64,000 nucleotides of DNA from an uncultured Candidatus Saccharibacteria bacterium (GTDB lineage Bacteria > Patescibacteriota > Minisyncoccia > Phycocordibacterales > UBA12088). This document shows, piece after piece, positions 15,043 to 24,253 of this stretch. Position 1 is the first letter of the stretch; each line of letters begins with the position of its first letter. The notes below the pieces were generated by a model that saw nothing but the letters and a program-made list of their open reading frames with translations, did no database searches and was not told the DNA's origin. A program made the translations under genes and the position numbers. The stretch lies in the NCBI GenBank assembly GCA_964562615.1, contig CAZLUD010000001.1, positions 327,628-391,627 of the forward strand, written 5' to 3'.

Positions 15043-15993
15043 CTATCTTTTTGTGTGAAAACGTTTATGCACCTCACGGAGGTGTTTGTCTGTAACGTGT
15101 GTATACACTTGTGTAGTAGCAATATTTGCATGACCAAGCAGTGCTTGTACAGAACGCAAGTCTGCACCATTTGAAAGAAGGTCGGTGGCAAATGAGTGTC
15201 TAATGACGTGAGGGGTAACTTTTTTAGTAATACCTGCTTTTATGGCGTACTGCTTGACTATTCTTTCAACAGAGCGGGGATTGAGGCGAGTGGTGGTGGC
15301 GTTTTTTGAACGATTTGATGTCTGCACAAACAGCGCATCATCCATATCTTTTCTTTTGACTAGATAGGCGCGAATAGATTCACGCGCTGAATCAGACAAA
15401 AATACAACGCGCACCTTTTCACCTTTACCACGTACAGAAAACTCTTCCTTTGAAATATCTAAATCACGAGAAAGCGAACAAAGCTCTGACACGCGCAATC
15501 CAGTAGAAAAAAGCAGCTCGAGCATGGCTCTATCACGGAGTGATTTAACATCATCACCATTAGCTGCGGCCATTAAACGGGTGAGTTCTTCAAACGATAT
15601 AAGATCGAGTGATCGTTCTCCAACTTTAGCTAGCTCTATTCGCTCAGGTGAAAGAGATTCAATGCCACGCTTTCTTAAATATTTTAGAAACGCACGTAAA
15701 GCAATAAGGTAGTAATTCTGTGTCTTTTTTTTGAGTGTTTCTTTTCTTCCACCTATTGCAGCGCCAGATTCTTGGCGATTTAGCCATAATCGGTATTCTC
15801 TAAGAAGAGTGTCATCAATGGTTGATGGATTTTCTACCTTTGCAAAGGCAAGAAAACGAGAGAGGTATCGCTCATAATTCTCTATAGTATTGAGAGAGCG
15901 TCCTTTTTCAATCTCAAGGTGTTCTAAAAACTCACGCTTTAGTGTTTCTATGTGCGTGGATGACATGTCACAAGTATGACATCTATGTCGCAA
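15043..15993 (-). CDS. Tyrosine site-specific recombinase, XerC/XerD-like.
   Basis: C-terminal catalytic region HVIRHSFATDLLSNGADLRSVQALLGHANIATTQVYTHV with the catalytic Tyr. The N-terminal SAM-like domain is typical of Xer recombinases. Confidence 0.8.
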   Translation of the reverse strand: MRHRCHTCDMSSTHIETLKREFLEHLEIEKGRSLNTIENYERYLSRFLAFAKVENPSTIDDTLLREYRLWLNRQESGAAIGGRKETLKKKTQNYYLIALRAFLKYLRKRGIESLSPERIELAKVGERSLDLISFEELTRLMAAANGDDVKSLRDRAMLELLFSTGLRVSELCSLSRDLDISKEEFSVRGKGEKVRVVFLSDSARESIRAYLVKRKDMDDALFVQTSNRSKNATTTRLNPRSVERIVKQYAIKAGITKKVTPHVIRHSFATDLLSNGADLRSVQALLGHANIATTQVYTHVTDKHLREVHKRFHTKR

Positions 15994-16284
15994 AACAAAA
16001 AGAGCGCCGCCTTGTGGGCGGCGCTATCTGCGCCATGTTCTTTTATTTTGAACACAGCGGTAGGGAAACCACTCTATGTCCGGCGAAGGACAGAGTGGAT
16101 TTGGTAACTCAATTTTGTATGTAGGGGTTCTTCCGCCCCTTTCAAATCCGGCATCGCCGGAGAGGGCGCACCCTCCAAATAGGTGGAGTGCGCAAAGAGC
16201 CATTAGCAATCTCATATTTCTCTCCTTCCGTACCAGACTTCACCACCCCTTGCCAAAAAAGTCAATACGTGCTATAAATGTGCC

Positions 16285-16551
16285 ATGCTGACAAAGCGAC
16301 AAAAAGAGAATGCAATACGCGAAATAAAGCGCCACGATACTGACACTGGGTCACCGGAGGCTCAAATCGCGCTTCTCACTAAAGCAATAAACGAACTAAC
16401 CGACCATCTAAAAAAGCATGGGAAGGATCTTCATTCTCGTCGCGGTCTTTTGGGAATGGTTGCTGATAGACGTTCACACCTTCGCTATCTCGAAAAAAAG
16501 GATAAAAAGCGTTACAACGCGGTAGTAAAGAAGCTTGATCTCAAAAAGTAG
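16285..16551 (+). CDS. rpsO: 30S ribosomal protein S15.
   Basis: TGSPEAQIALLT...HSRRGLL..V..RR.HLRYL pattern; 88 aa; upstream of pnp. Confidence 0.9.
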   Translation: MLTKRQKENAIREIKRHDTDTGSPEAQIALLTKAINELTDHLKKHGKDLHSRRGLLGMVADRRSHLRYLEKKDKKRYNAVVKKLDLKK

Positions 16552-16565
16552 TTGGTGTTGTGTCG

Positions 16566-16601
16566 CTCGACACAACAATGGTGTGTCTTTTTGTATAAAC
16601 G
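16566..16601 (+). terminator. Hairpin GTTGTGTCGC-TCGACACAAC followed by a T-tract. This is the rpsO terminator/attenuator ahead of the downstream genes.
   Basis: Seen directly. Confidence 0.55.
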
Positions 16602-16649
16602 CGTTATAGTTAGGCGAGGGTATTTTTATATTTATATATAGTATTTTTT

Positions 16650-17192
16650 ATGGCTGCAATTAAACATGGGGCGCAACGAGTAGGGATATTTATTGATACG
16701 CAAAACCTATATCACAGTGCAAAGCATTTGTATCAAGCAAAGGTTAATTTTGGATCAGTATTAAAAGATGCACTTGCGGGACGTACGCTTATACGAGCAA
16801 TTGCGTATGTGATAACCACCGAGAGTGGGGAAGAGCAAGGCTTTTTTGAAGCACTTGAAAAAGTTGGTATTGAAACAAAAACCAAAGACCTTCAAGTATT
16901 CTATGGTGGAGCAAAAAAGGCAGACTGGGATGTTGGACTTGCTGTTGACGCAATCAAAATGGCATCAAAATTGGATACGGTCATTATCGCCTCTGGTGAT
17001 GGTGATTTCGCCCCACTTGTTGAATACCTCAAAATGAATGAGGGATGCCAAGTTGAAGCCATCTCATTTGGTCGCTCTACCTCGGGACTACTCAGAGAGG
17101 CCGTAGACGTTTTTACCGACCTCGACGAAAATCCAAAGAATTTTCTCATTGGGTACCGCGGCGCAAAATTTATACCGCGAACAAAGAAATAG
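16650..17192 (+). CDS. NYN (LabA-like/DUF88) domain protein, a predicted RNA nuclease fold. It sits between rpsO and pnp.
   Basis: Pattern GIFIDTQNLYHSAK...IASGDGDFAPLVEYL. Confidence 0.55.
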   Translation: MAAIKHGAQRVGIFIDTQNLYHSAKHLYQAKVNFGSVLKDALAGRTLIRAIAYVITTESGEEQGFFEALEKVGIETKTKDLQVFYGGAKKADWDVGLAVDAIKMASKLDTVIIASGDGDFAPLVEYLKMNEGCQVEAISFGRSTSGLLREAVDVFTDLDENPKNFLIGYRGAKFIPRTKK

Positions 17193-17314
17193 CTCTCGCT
17201 CATTTTCTCTGTTACACTCGAAGTGTTATAAGCTCGCTTTCCTTTAGAGAGCGAGGTTTGAAGCTGTATAGCACATGCTCAGTTTCAAGTCTTTACTCTG
17301 AAGGAGAGCGGTAA

Positions 17315-19474
17315 TTGGATTATATGCTAAAGAAAACCTTTTCAGTGGAGCTAGGTGGAAAAACCCTGACGGCAGAATTTAGTGATCTCGCAGATCAAGC
17401 AAATGGTTCGGTTATTTTGCGATACGGTAAAACGGTGGTACTCGCAACCGCAACAATGGGACAAACAGAGCGACACGAGATTGATTATTTTCCCCTTACG
17501 GTTGATTACGAGGAGCGCTTTTATGCAGCTGGGCAAATACTAGGGTCACGCTTTATGCGACGCGAAGGGCGCCCAAGCGAAGAAGCAATACTCTCTGGAA
17601 GAATTGTAGACAGAACTATACGACCACTTTTCAATCACCACTTGAGAAATGAAGTGCAAGTTGTGCTAACTATTCTTTCAATTGACGAGGATGATCCTGA
17701 TGTGCTCGGTGTCATTGCTGCATCATTAGCGCTTGGTGTAAGCGATATACCGTGGAATGGACCAGTCTCTGCGGTACGCATAGGCAAGAAAAAGGGAGGG
17801 GAAGTAATTATAAACCCTACCTATGTCGAGCGTGCGTTTGAGGATTATCATTATGATGTGCTTGCCTGTGGTAAGGATGGATCAATCAATATGATTGAGA
17901 TTGCATCAGATGAAGCGAGTGAGCACGAGATTCTTGAGGCGCTTCGCGAAGCAACACGCATACACACCACACTAGGTGCGTGGCAACAAGAAATAATTGC
18001 AGAAATAGGCAAAGAGAAAAAAACAGTTACTCACCTTGCCTACGCTGATGAAATTATCGCTCACTTTAATGAACACGCAGCGGCACTCATGTCTGCTGCA
18101 TTGATTACTGGCGAGCCAGGTAAGGCGGGGATTAAAAAACTCAAAGATGAGTGGCTCGCAAAAGTTGCCGTGGATATTCCTGATTTCTTGAAACGAGCAG
18201 GGCATTACTTTGAGGAGAAAGTAGACGAACAACTACACAGCGAAGCTACCGCAAACGGCAGACGTCCTGATGGTAGAGCGATGGATGAGGTACGACCACT
18301 GTTTGCCCTCGCGGGTGATATGTCACCTATGGCACACGGTACTGGCGTATTTTATCGTGGAGGAACACACGTATTTACCGCACTCACCTTAGGAGGACCC
18401 GGTGATTCACAAATTGTTGATTCAATTGAGCATCAGGACGAGAGCAAGCGATTCATGCACCACTACAACTTCCCACCATTTAGCTCAGGAGAAACGGGCA
18501 GACTTGGTGGTGTTAATAGAAGAGCGGTGGGACACGGCGCGCTTGCAGAAAAAGCACTCCTTCCAATGATTCCAAAAAAAGAAGACTTCCCGTACACCAT
18601 TCGTTTGGTTTCAGAGTGTATGGCGTCAAACGGATCGACCTCAATGGCATCAACGTGTGCTTCAACACTTGCGCTTATGGATGGAGGTGTGCCAATCAAG
18701 CGACCCGTAGCGGGTATCGCTATGGGGCTAATGCTACACGGCTCTACCTATAAAGTACTTACTGACATTCAAGGCCCTGAAGATCATCACGGTGATATGG
18801 ATTTTAAAGTTGCCGGCACCACAGAAGGTATTACCGCAGCACAGATGGATGTGAAAGTCGGAGGTATTCCACTCTCTATTCTTGAAGAAGCTCTAACAGG
18901 TGCTAAGAAGGCCCGTCTCCATATACTTGAAACAATGCGTGGCGCTATTAGCGCCCCTCGCGAAGACATCTCGCCACTTGCACCAAAAATAATTGCATTA
19001 AAGGTGCGCGTAGATCAGATCGGACTAGTTATTGGCCCAGGAGGAAAGACCATTAATGGTATTAAGGATAGAACGGGAGTTACCGACATCACCATCGAAG
19101 ATGATGGGTCAGTATTTATCACCGGAAAGGACGGTACTGCAGAGCTAGCGCGTGATGAAATCGCAAGTCTTACTCATGTCTACACCGCGGGTGAGCGGCA
19201 CGAGGGTGAGGTGGTGCGTCTTATGGACTTTGGAGCATTTGTAAAAATAGGGAAAAACGCTGAAGGATTGGTACACATTTCAGAAATTGCTCCATTTAGA
19301 ATTCAAAAAGTTGAAGATGTGCTTTCTGTAGGAGAGGTTGTTCCGGTTATAATACGAGAGATAGATGAGAAAGAAAGAATTAATCTTTCTATCAAAATGG
19401 CAGACCCAGAGTTTGCACAGCGTAAAGGTATAAACCCCGACATAAAGGGAACAAGTACCAATGGATCCAACTAA
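17315..19474 (+). CDS. pnp: Polyribonucleotide nucleotidyltransferase (PNPase).
   Basis: 719 aa with two RNase PH-like domains, then KH (GPGGKTINGIK) and S1 (GEVVRLMDFGAFVKIG) domains. The rpsO-pnp gene order is conserved. Confidence 0.9.
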   Translation: MDYMLKKTFSVELGGKTLTAEFSDLADQANGSVILRYGKTVVLATATMGQTERHEIDYFPLTVDYEERFYAAGQILGSRFMRREGRPSEEAILSGRIVDRTIRPLFNHHLRNEVQVVLTILSIDEDDPDVLGVIAASLALGVSDIPWNGPVSAVRIGKKKGGEVIINPTYVERAFEDYHYDVLACGKDGSINMIEIASDEASEHEILEALREATRIHTTLGAWQQEIIAEIGKEKKTVTHLAYADEIIAHFNEHAAALMSAALITGEPGKAGIKKLKDEWLAKVAVDIPDFLKRAGHYFEEKVDEQLHSEATANGRRPDGRAMDEVRPLFALAGDMSPMAHGTGVFYRGGTHVFTALTLGGPGDSQIVDSIEHQDESKRFMHHYNFPPFSSGETGRLGGVNRRAVGHGALAEKALLPMIPKKEDFPYTIRLVSECMASNGSTSMASTCASTLALMDGGVPIKRPVAGIAMGLMLHGSTYKVLTDIQGPEDHHGDMDFKVAGTTEGITAAQMDVKVGGIPLSILEEALTGAKKARLHILETMRGAISAPREDISPLAPKIIALKVRVDQIGLVIGPGGKTINGIKDRTGVTDITIEDDGSVFITGKDGTAELARDEIASLTHVYTAGERHEGEVVRLMDFGAFVKIGKNAEGLVHISEIAPFRIQKVEDVLSVGEVVPVIIREIDEKERINLSIKMADPEFAQRKGINPDIKGTSTNGSN

Positions 19475-21074
19475 CGAAACAACAAAAGACGTACAACCAT
19501 CCACCGCTCCACAACCTGATGTGGTGCTTGATGATCTTGATGTAAAACTTTCTGAAGCTGAACACTCACTCTCAGAGAGAGATATCTCTGCGCGCACAAG
19601 AGCCGAAGAGGAGCTTGCTGCTGAGCTTGCGAGCGGAGGAAACCAAGACATCTCACTCGATTTTCCTGATGCCTCTACTACACCATGGTCTGCTGCAGCG
19701 GTAAAACCCCCAACCAAAAAAGAAGAGGTGATTCACGTAACCCCTAACACCACGCAAGGGGAGGCAATACCACAGCAAAAGAGCGAGGTTACCGAGACGT
19801 CTACCGCTACACCATTTGCCTACAGAGGTTCTGTCACTCCACTTGAACAAAGAGGAGCAAAAGAGGTGAGTGCTCCAGCGGTAGTGGTGCCTACCCAGCC
19901 ACAAAGCGCACTTGCATCTGCTAAATCTGCACTTCTTGGTGGTGGTAATGAGGTGCGGGACCTATCAAAAAGTGGTTCAATAAATCAAACACCTACACCT
20001 GTTGCTCCAATAGCGGCGTCACCTCTTACGAACCTACAGAGCGAGAATCCTACACCCGCTATTCCTACGACTCCCGTAGCACCACCCACACCGACTCCTG
20101 TTGCGCAGGTTGTTCAAAACACCGAGCGCGATACCGCCCCACAAACAACTACACCACGCCCACAAGCAAGTGAGCGTGATGATTCTGTACGACCAATACG
20201 TACCTTTAGAGACGACATTGCCCGTGTGCTGCAGAAGAAGAAAACAACCTTGGTAGATGCAGTCGTTGCTGAAGAAAATCGTTCAAATCGAGAAAAGGAG
20301 GTGGAACCACCAAAGGGAGCGCCGCGATCGTTTGTATCGTACCTTGTGGTATTTTTTAGTGGACTTCTTATAACCGGCGGAGTAAGTGCGTACGCAATCT
20401 ATTATTTCTTTGGACCGACCGATATAACCCGAATAGATGTTGCTGAAGTGCCGTCCATTATATTCGTAGAAGAGCAAAAAGAATTTGAGATTTTTGATGA
20501 CGAAAGCAAGCGAGATATCTTCAGAAGAATTGGTGTAGAGAAAGATTCTGCACTACTACGCCTAGGTAGCATAGAGCAACTCTATTTCACACGAAGCATC
20601 TATGATGAAAGCATTGCTTCTACTAAAAAAATGCTTGTATCTTCTGCAGAATTTATTGCTCGAAGCGAATTTCGTATAGACAGCTCATTCACCAGAAACC
20701 TTTTGCCTGAGATGACGTTTGGCTACCACTCATTTGATGGTACTCAACCATTTATCGTCTTTAAAACAGAGTTTTATGAAGACGCATTTGCCGCAATGCT
20801 TGATTGGGAGGCGCGCATGAATGAAGATTTGTCGCCACTTTTTGGAGATATAGTGATGGAAACGTATTTGGTAGGATCATCAACCAGAACAAGACCAGCG
20901 AGTCTTACCTTTGAAGATGTGTTGGTTAAAAACAAAGAAGTAAGGGTACTCTATGACAGCACCGGTAAAGAGTTGCTCCTGTATGGATTTCCCGACTCAG
21001 AAACAATAGTAATCACCACCAATCAATACACCTTTACAGAAATAGTCACACGGCTGCAATCAATCCGAATATAG
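19461..21074 (+). CDS. Hypothetical membrane protein. It has a Pro/Thr-rich N-terminal half, one transmembrane helix (LVVFFSGLLITGGVSAYAIYYFF) and a C-terminal globular domain.
   Basis: Composition and hydrophobicity only. Confidence 0.35.
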   Translation: MDPTNETTKDVQPSTAPQPDVVLDDLDVKLSEAEHSLSERDISARTRAEEELAAELASGGNQDISLDFPDASTTPWSAAAVKPPTKKEEVIHVTPNTTQGEAIPQQKSEVTETSTATPFAYRGSVTPLEQRGAKEVSAPAVVVPTQPQSALASAKSALLGGGNEVRDLSKSGSINQTPTPVAPIAASPLTNLQSENPTPAIPTTPVAPPTPTPVAQVVQNTERDTAPQTTTPRPQASERDDSVRPIRTFRDDIARVLQKKKTTLVDAVVAEENRSNREKEVEPPKGAPRSFVSYLVVFFSGLLITGGVSAYAIYYFFGPTDITRIDVAEVPSIIFVEEQKEFEIFDDESKRDIFRRIGVEKDSALLRLGSIEQLYFTRSIYDESIASTKKMLVSSAEFIARSEFRIDSSFTRNLLPEMTFGYHSFDGTQPFIVFKTEFYEDAFAAMLDWEARMNEDLSPLFGDIVMETYLVGSSTRTRPASLTFEDVLVKNKEVRVLYDSTGKELLLYGFPDSETIVITTNQYTFTEIVTRLQSIRI

Positions 21075-21115
21075 AACCTATTGCATCGCATGTAGGGAGG
21101 CGTTATCATGGAAGC

Positions 21116-21514
21116 ATGAATCACCCAGACATTACGCCATCACAACTGGAATCCTTTAAAAATAGACTCCTTACTGAGAAAGCAGAGGTAGAAGAATCAC
21201 TTAAAGAAGTAGGTGTTCGTAATCCACAAAACCCAAGCGATTGGGTAGCAACCCCAGGTGATATGCCTGAGATAAATGCCGATGCAAATGAGCTTAGTGA
21301 TAAGTTTGAAGAATACGGCCAAAATCAAGGGTTGGTAAATAATCTCGAAGTACGACTTGCAAACATCACTCGTGCCCTCGAAAAAATAGAAAACCAGGAG
21401 TACGGTATCTGCGAAATCTCAAGCACACCAATTGAACTAGACAGGCTTGAGGCTAATCCTGCTGCTCGCACCTGCAAGGCTCACATGGAGGAAGGTGACT
21501 CGCTTCAAGCATAG
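21116..21514 (+). CDS. DksA/TraR-family C4 zinc-finger protein.
   Basis: C-terminal CEIS...C..H with a second Cys pair (CEISSTPIELDRLEANPAARTCKAH) preceded by a coiled-coil. Confidence 0.5.
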   Translation: MNHPDITPSQLESFKNRLLTEKAEVEESLKEVGVRNPQNPSDWVATPGDMPEINADANELSDKFEEYGQNQGLVNNLEVRLANITRALEKIENQEYGICEISSTPIELDRLEANPAARTCKAHMEEGDSLQA

Positions 21515-21517
21515 TGT

Positions 21518-23017
21518 ATGGCGGTGGCTCGGGTAACAAGCGCCCAACCAAGCTACCCGCATGCGATTATTGTTGATGTTGAAACAGACCTCAGTAAAGG
21601 ACTCAACGCTTTTTCTATTGTTGGACTTCCTGATAAAGCGGTTGATGAGGCGAAAGATAGAGTATCGTCCGGAATAAAAAATTCGGGCTATCCCTCACCA
21701 AAAAGCACCAATCTTAAAACAGTGGTGTCCCTTGCTCCTGCTGATTTTAAAAAAGAGGGTACACACTACGACCTACCAATAGCCATTTCGTACCTCATTG
21801 CAAGCGGGGCAATTCCCGCTATTTCACGATCAATACTTATTGTTGGAGAGCTTACCCTTGATGGGAGCGTGCGGGGAGTGCGCGGAGTATTGTCATGTGC
21901 TATCGCAGCAAAAAAAGAAGGATTCGAGGCTATTTTTGTACCTCGTGCCAACGCAGAAGAGGCGTCGCTTGTTGATGGCATTTCAATCTACCCCGTAACC
22001 TCTCTTACAGAGATATTGTTACACCTTCGAAATGAGGCGATGATATCAGCGTACACCTCTTCAGGTGTGAGTGCGGAATCGCCCACCGCGCGTATAGATT
22101 TTTTTGATATTAGAGGACAAGAGAGTGCAAAGCGCGCGCTTGAAGTAGCAGCTGCAGGGAGACACAACATCGTACTCTATGGCCCACCGGGCACTGGTAA
22201 ATCAATGCTCGCGCAAGCATTCTGTGGTATTTTGCCGCCCCTTACCCACGAAGAAGCACTCGAAGCAACAATTATTCACTCACTTGCGGGAGTGTTACAT
22301 ACCACTCACATTGCTCAGCCTCCAATGAGAGCCCCGCACCATACAAGCTCACACATTGCTCTTGTTGGGGGCGGAAGCACTCCTCGCCCTGGAGAAATTA
22401 CCCTAGCACATCGAGGTGTGCTGTTTTTAGATGAGTTTCCAGAGTTTGAACGAAGGACTATAGACGCACTACGTGAGCCACTTGAAGGAGGAGAAATAAC
22501 CATCGCAAGAGCGAGAGGCGCGGTGAGGTATCCAGCAAACTTTATTCTTGTTGCGGCAATGAATCCAACAAGGGGTCATGATGGTATCGCAAATTTAAGC
22601 GAAAAGGAGCGTCTCCAAAAAAAGATATCGGGGCCAGTGGCTGACAGAATAGATATCTGGATAGAGGTGGGACACATTACTCACCACACCCTCTCTGATA
22701 TGCCACATGGTGAACGTTCTGCTGTTATACAAAAAAGAGTAGAGGGAGCGAGGGAGGTGCAGTACAAACGATTTGCCTCAAGCGGTAAAACTAATTCAGA
22801 AATGTCGGTGCGCGACCTGGATTCTTTTATCCATATGAGCCAGCACGCAAAAGAGGTGCTCAATCAATCGGCCACACGCCTTCAGCTTTCACCCCGAGCA
22901 TATCATCGAATTGTAAAGCTTTCTCGTACTATTGCCGATTTATCTAACAGCGATAGCGTAGAAGATACTCACGTACTTGAAGCTCTTCACTACAGACCTA
23001 AAAACTTATTTGATTAG
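21518..23017 (+). CDS. comM: YifB/ComM family Mg-chelatase-like AAA+ ATPase.
   Basis: Lon-like N-domain. Walker A (VLYGPPGTGKSML), Walker B (VLFLDEFPEF). 499 aa. Confidence 0.8.
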   Translation: MAVARVTSAQPSYPHAIIVDVETDLSKGLNAFSIVGLPDKAVDEAKDRVSSGIKNSGYPSPKSTNLKTVVSLAPADFKKEGTHYDLPIAISYLIASGAIPAISRSILIVGELTLDGSVRGVRGVLSCAIAAKKEGFEAIFVPRANAEEASLVDGISIYPVTSLTEILLHLRNEAMISAYTSSGVSAESPTARIDFFDIRGQESAKRALEVAAAGRHNIVLYGPPGTGKSMLAQAFCGILPPLTHEEALEATIIHSLAGVLHTTHIAQPPMRAPHHTSSHIALVGGGSTPRPGEITLAHRGVLFLDEFPEFERRTIDALREPLEGGEITIARARGAVRYPANFILVAAMNPTRGHDGIANLSEKERLQKKISGPVADRIDIWIEVGHITHHTLSDMPHGERSAVIQKRVEGAREVQYKRFASSGKTNSEMSVRDLDSFIHMSQHAKEVLNQSATRLQLSPRAYHRIVKLSRTIADLSNSDSVEDTHVLEALHYRPKNLFD

Positions 23018-24012
23018 AAAGGATTTTTAGCACCGCGAACCTCAAAGTGGAGGTGAGGACCAGTTGATCTACCGGTATTGCCCACGTATCCGATAACCTG
23101 CCCTTGTACTACTTGTTGCCCTGCATACACGATGTTTCCTGAGAGGTGAGCATAGAGTGTTTGTGTACCGTTTTGGTGTTCTACTACAATGTAGTTACCG
23201 TACCCACCATTCCATCCGCTTGTGCGTGAGACGAGTACCTTTCCACCTGCTGATGACCTAACCGAGGCGCCAACCCTCGCACCAAAGTCAATACCATTGT
23301 ATCCATGAATACCCTGTGTCTTAATCGCTCCTGGGACTGGGTGTATGAAATATCCTGAATATGAGCTTGCTTTTGAGCCACTTGAAGCATATGCAGGCTT
23401 TGGTGCCTCTATTTCTCCACCTGGAATTGTGAGGGTTTCACCTACAGAAATAGCTTCTGCTGATGCAAGGTGGTTGTATGAAATGATTTCCTCCTCATTT
23501 CCTTTGAATTTTTTGGCAATAGAGGCGAGGGTGTCGCCCTTTTTGACGGTATATTGAACACCATTGATTGGTAGAATGAGCAATTCTTGTCCCGACACAA
23601 TGGCACTACCCTTAGCAATATTGTTTGCCCACAAGATGGTATTAGGAGAAACACCAAACATTTGAGCAATCTGGGAGAGCGAATCTCCGTCCTTTACTAC
23701 ATAAAGAGAAATCTCTCCATTTCCTGATGTTTCTTCAATATTTGCCATTGAGCCAGCAGGTCCGGTCTCGGCGCGTAGCGCGCTGTCAGAAACCACAATA
23801 ATATCGCCACCTCCCTTTGAAGGATTGGGGTCAACATTATACGCCCCCTTTAGTAGGGGTAGGGTTTGTGAGCTGTATGCCTCATAGGTATCGTCTCCTG
23901 TCTGTCTTTCAGAAGAGAAAAATGAGGTCATTCGGGAAAGCATACTGCCCTCTACAGCCATAGGCATACTTATTAGACCTAAGATGGCAATGTATGTCCC
24001 GAAATATGTCAC
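23014..24012 (-). CDS. LysM-domain M23 family peptidoglycan endopeptidase.
   Basis: Two LysM repeats (YVVKDGDSLSQIAQMF, YTVKKGDTLASIAKKF). M23 motifs HxxxD-like and GPHLHFEV. Confidence 0.75.
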   Translation of the reverse strand: MTYFGTYIAILGLISMPMAVEGSMLSRMTSFFSSERQTGDDTYEAYSSQTLPLLKGAYNVDPNPSKGGGDIIVVSDSALRAETGPAGSMANIEETSGNGEISLYVVKDGDSLSQIAQMFGVSPNTILWANNIAKGSAIVSGQELLILPINGVQYTVKKGDTLASIAKKFKGNEEEIISYNHLASAEAISVGETLTIPGGEIEAPKPAYASSGSKASSYSGYFIHPVPGAIKTQGIHGYNGIDFGARVGASVRSSAGGKVLVSRTSGWNGGYGNYIVVEHQNGTQTLYAHLSGNIVYAGQQVVQGQVIGYVGNTGRSTGPHLHFEVRGAKNPF

Positions 24013-24253
24013 CGAAGGGGAGTGCGATACGCTCGTAGCCTTTGGATCTTTGTAAGTTTTTTTGATAAGCCGTTTTTTAGCCCAATCAACCGGAAATTTC
24101 TGGAAATGGCTTTGTTAAGCCGTAGGTCAATCAGTCGTATGCGTCAGTACCTAAGCACTATAGCGGTCTATAAAATGCTGTCAACGCCTTTTATACACCA
24201 AAAAATAAAGAAATATTATTGGACAATTAGTCAAGTTTTGTTGTCTTATTTTA

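Noticed and set aside
15043-15993. Xer-like recombinase as the integrase of a tRNA-targeting mobile element that accounts for the tRNA-end repeats.
   Set aside because: It is more than 3 kb from the nearest tRNA. It is flanked by housekeeping genes (exoIII, cca), with no phage or ICE genes. It has the typical XerC/D N-terminal domain, so it is most likely the chromosomal dimer-resolution recombinase.
17351-19717. Multiple antisense ORFs inside pnp (17351-17536, 17972-18232, 18463-18699, 18787-18969, 19280-19717).
   Set aside because: They lie opposite a highly conserved, well-supported PNPase gene and have no motifs.
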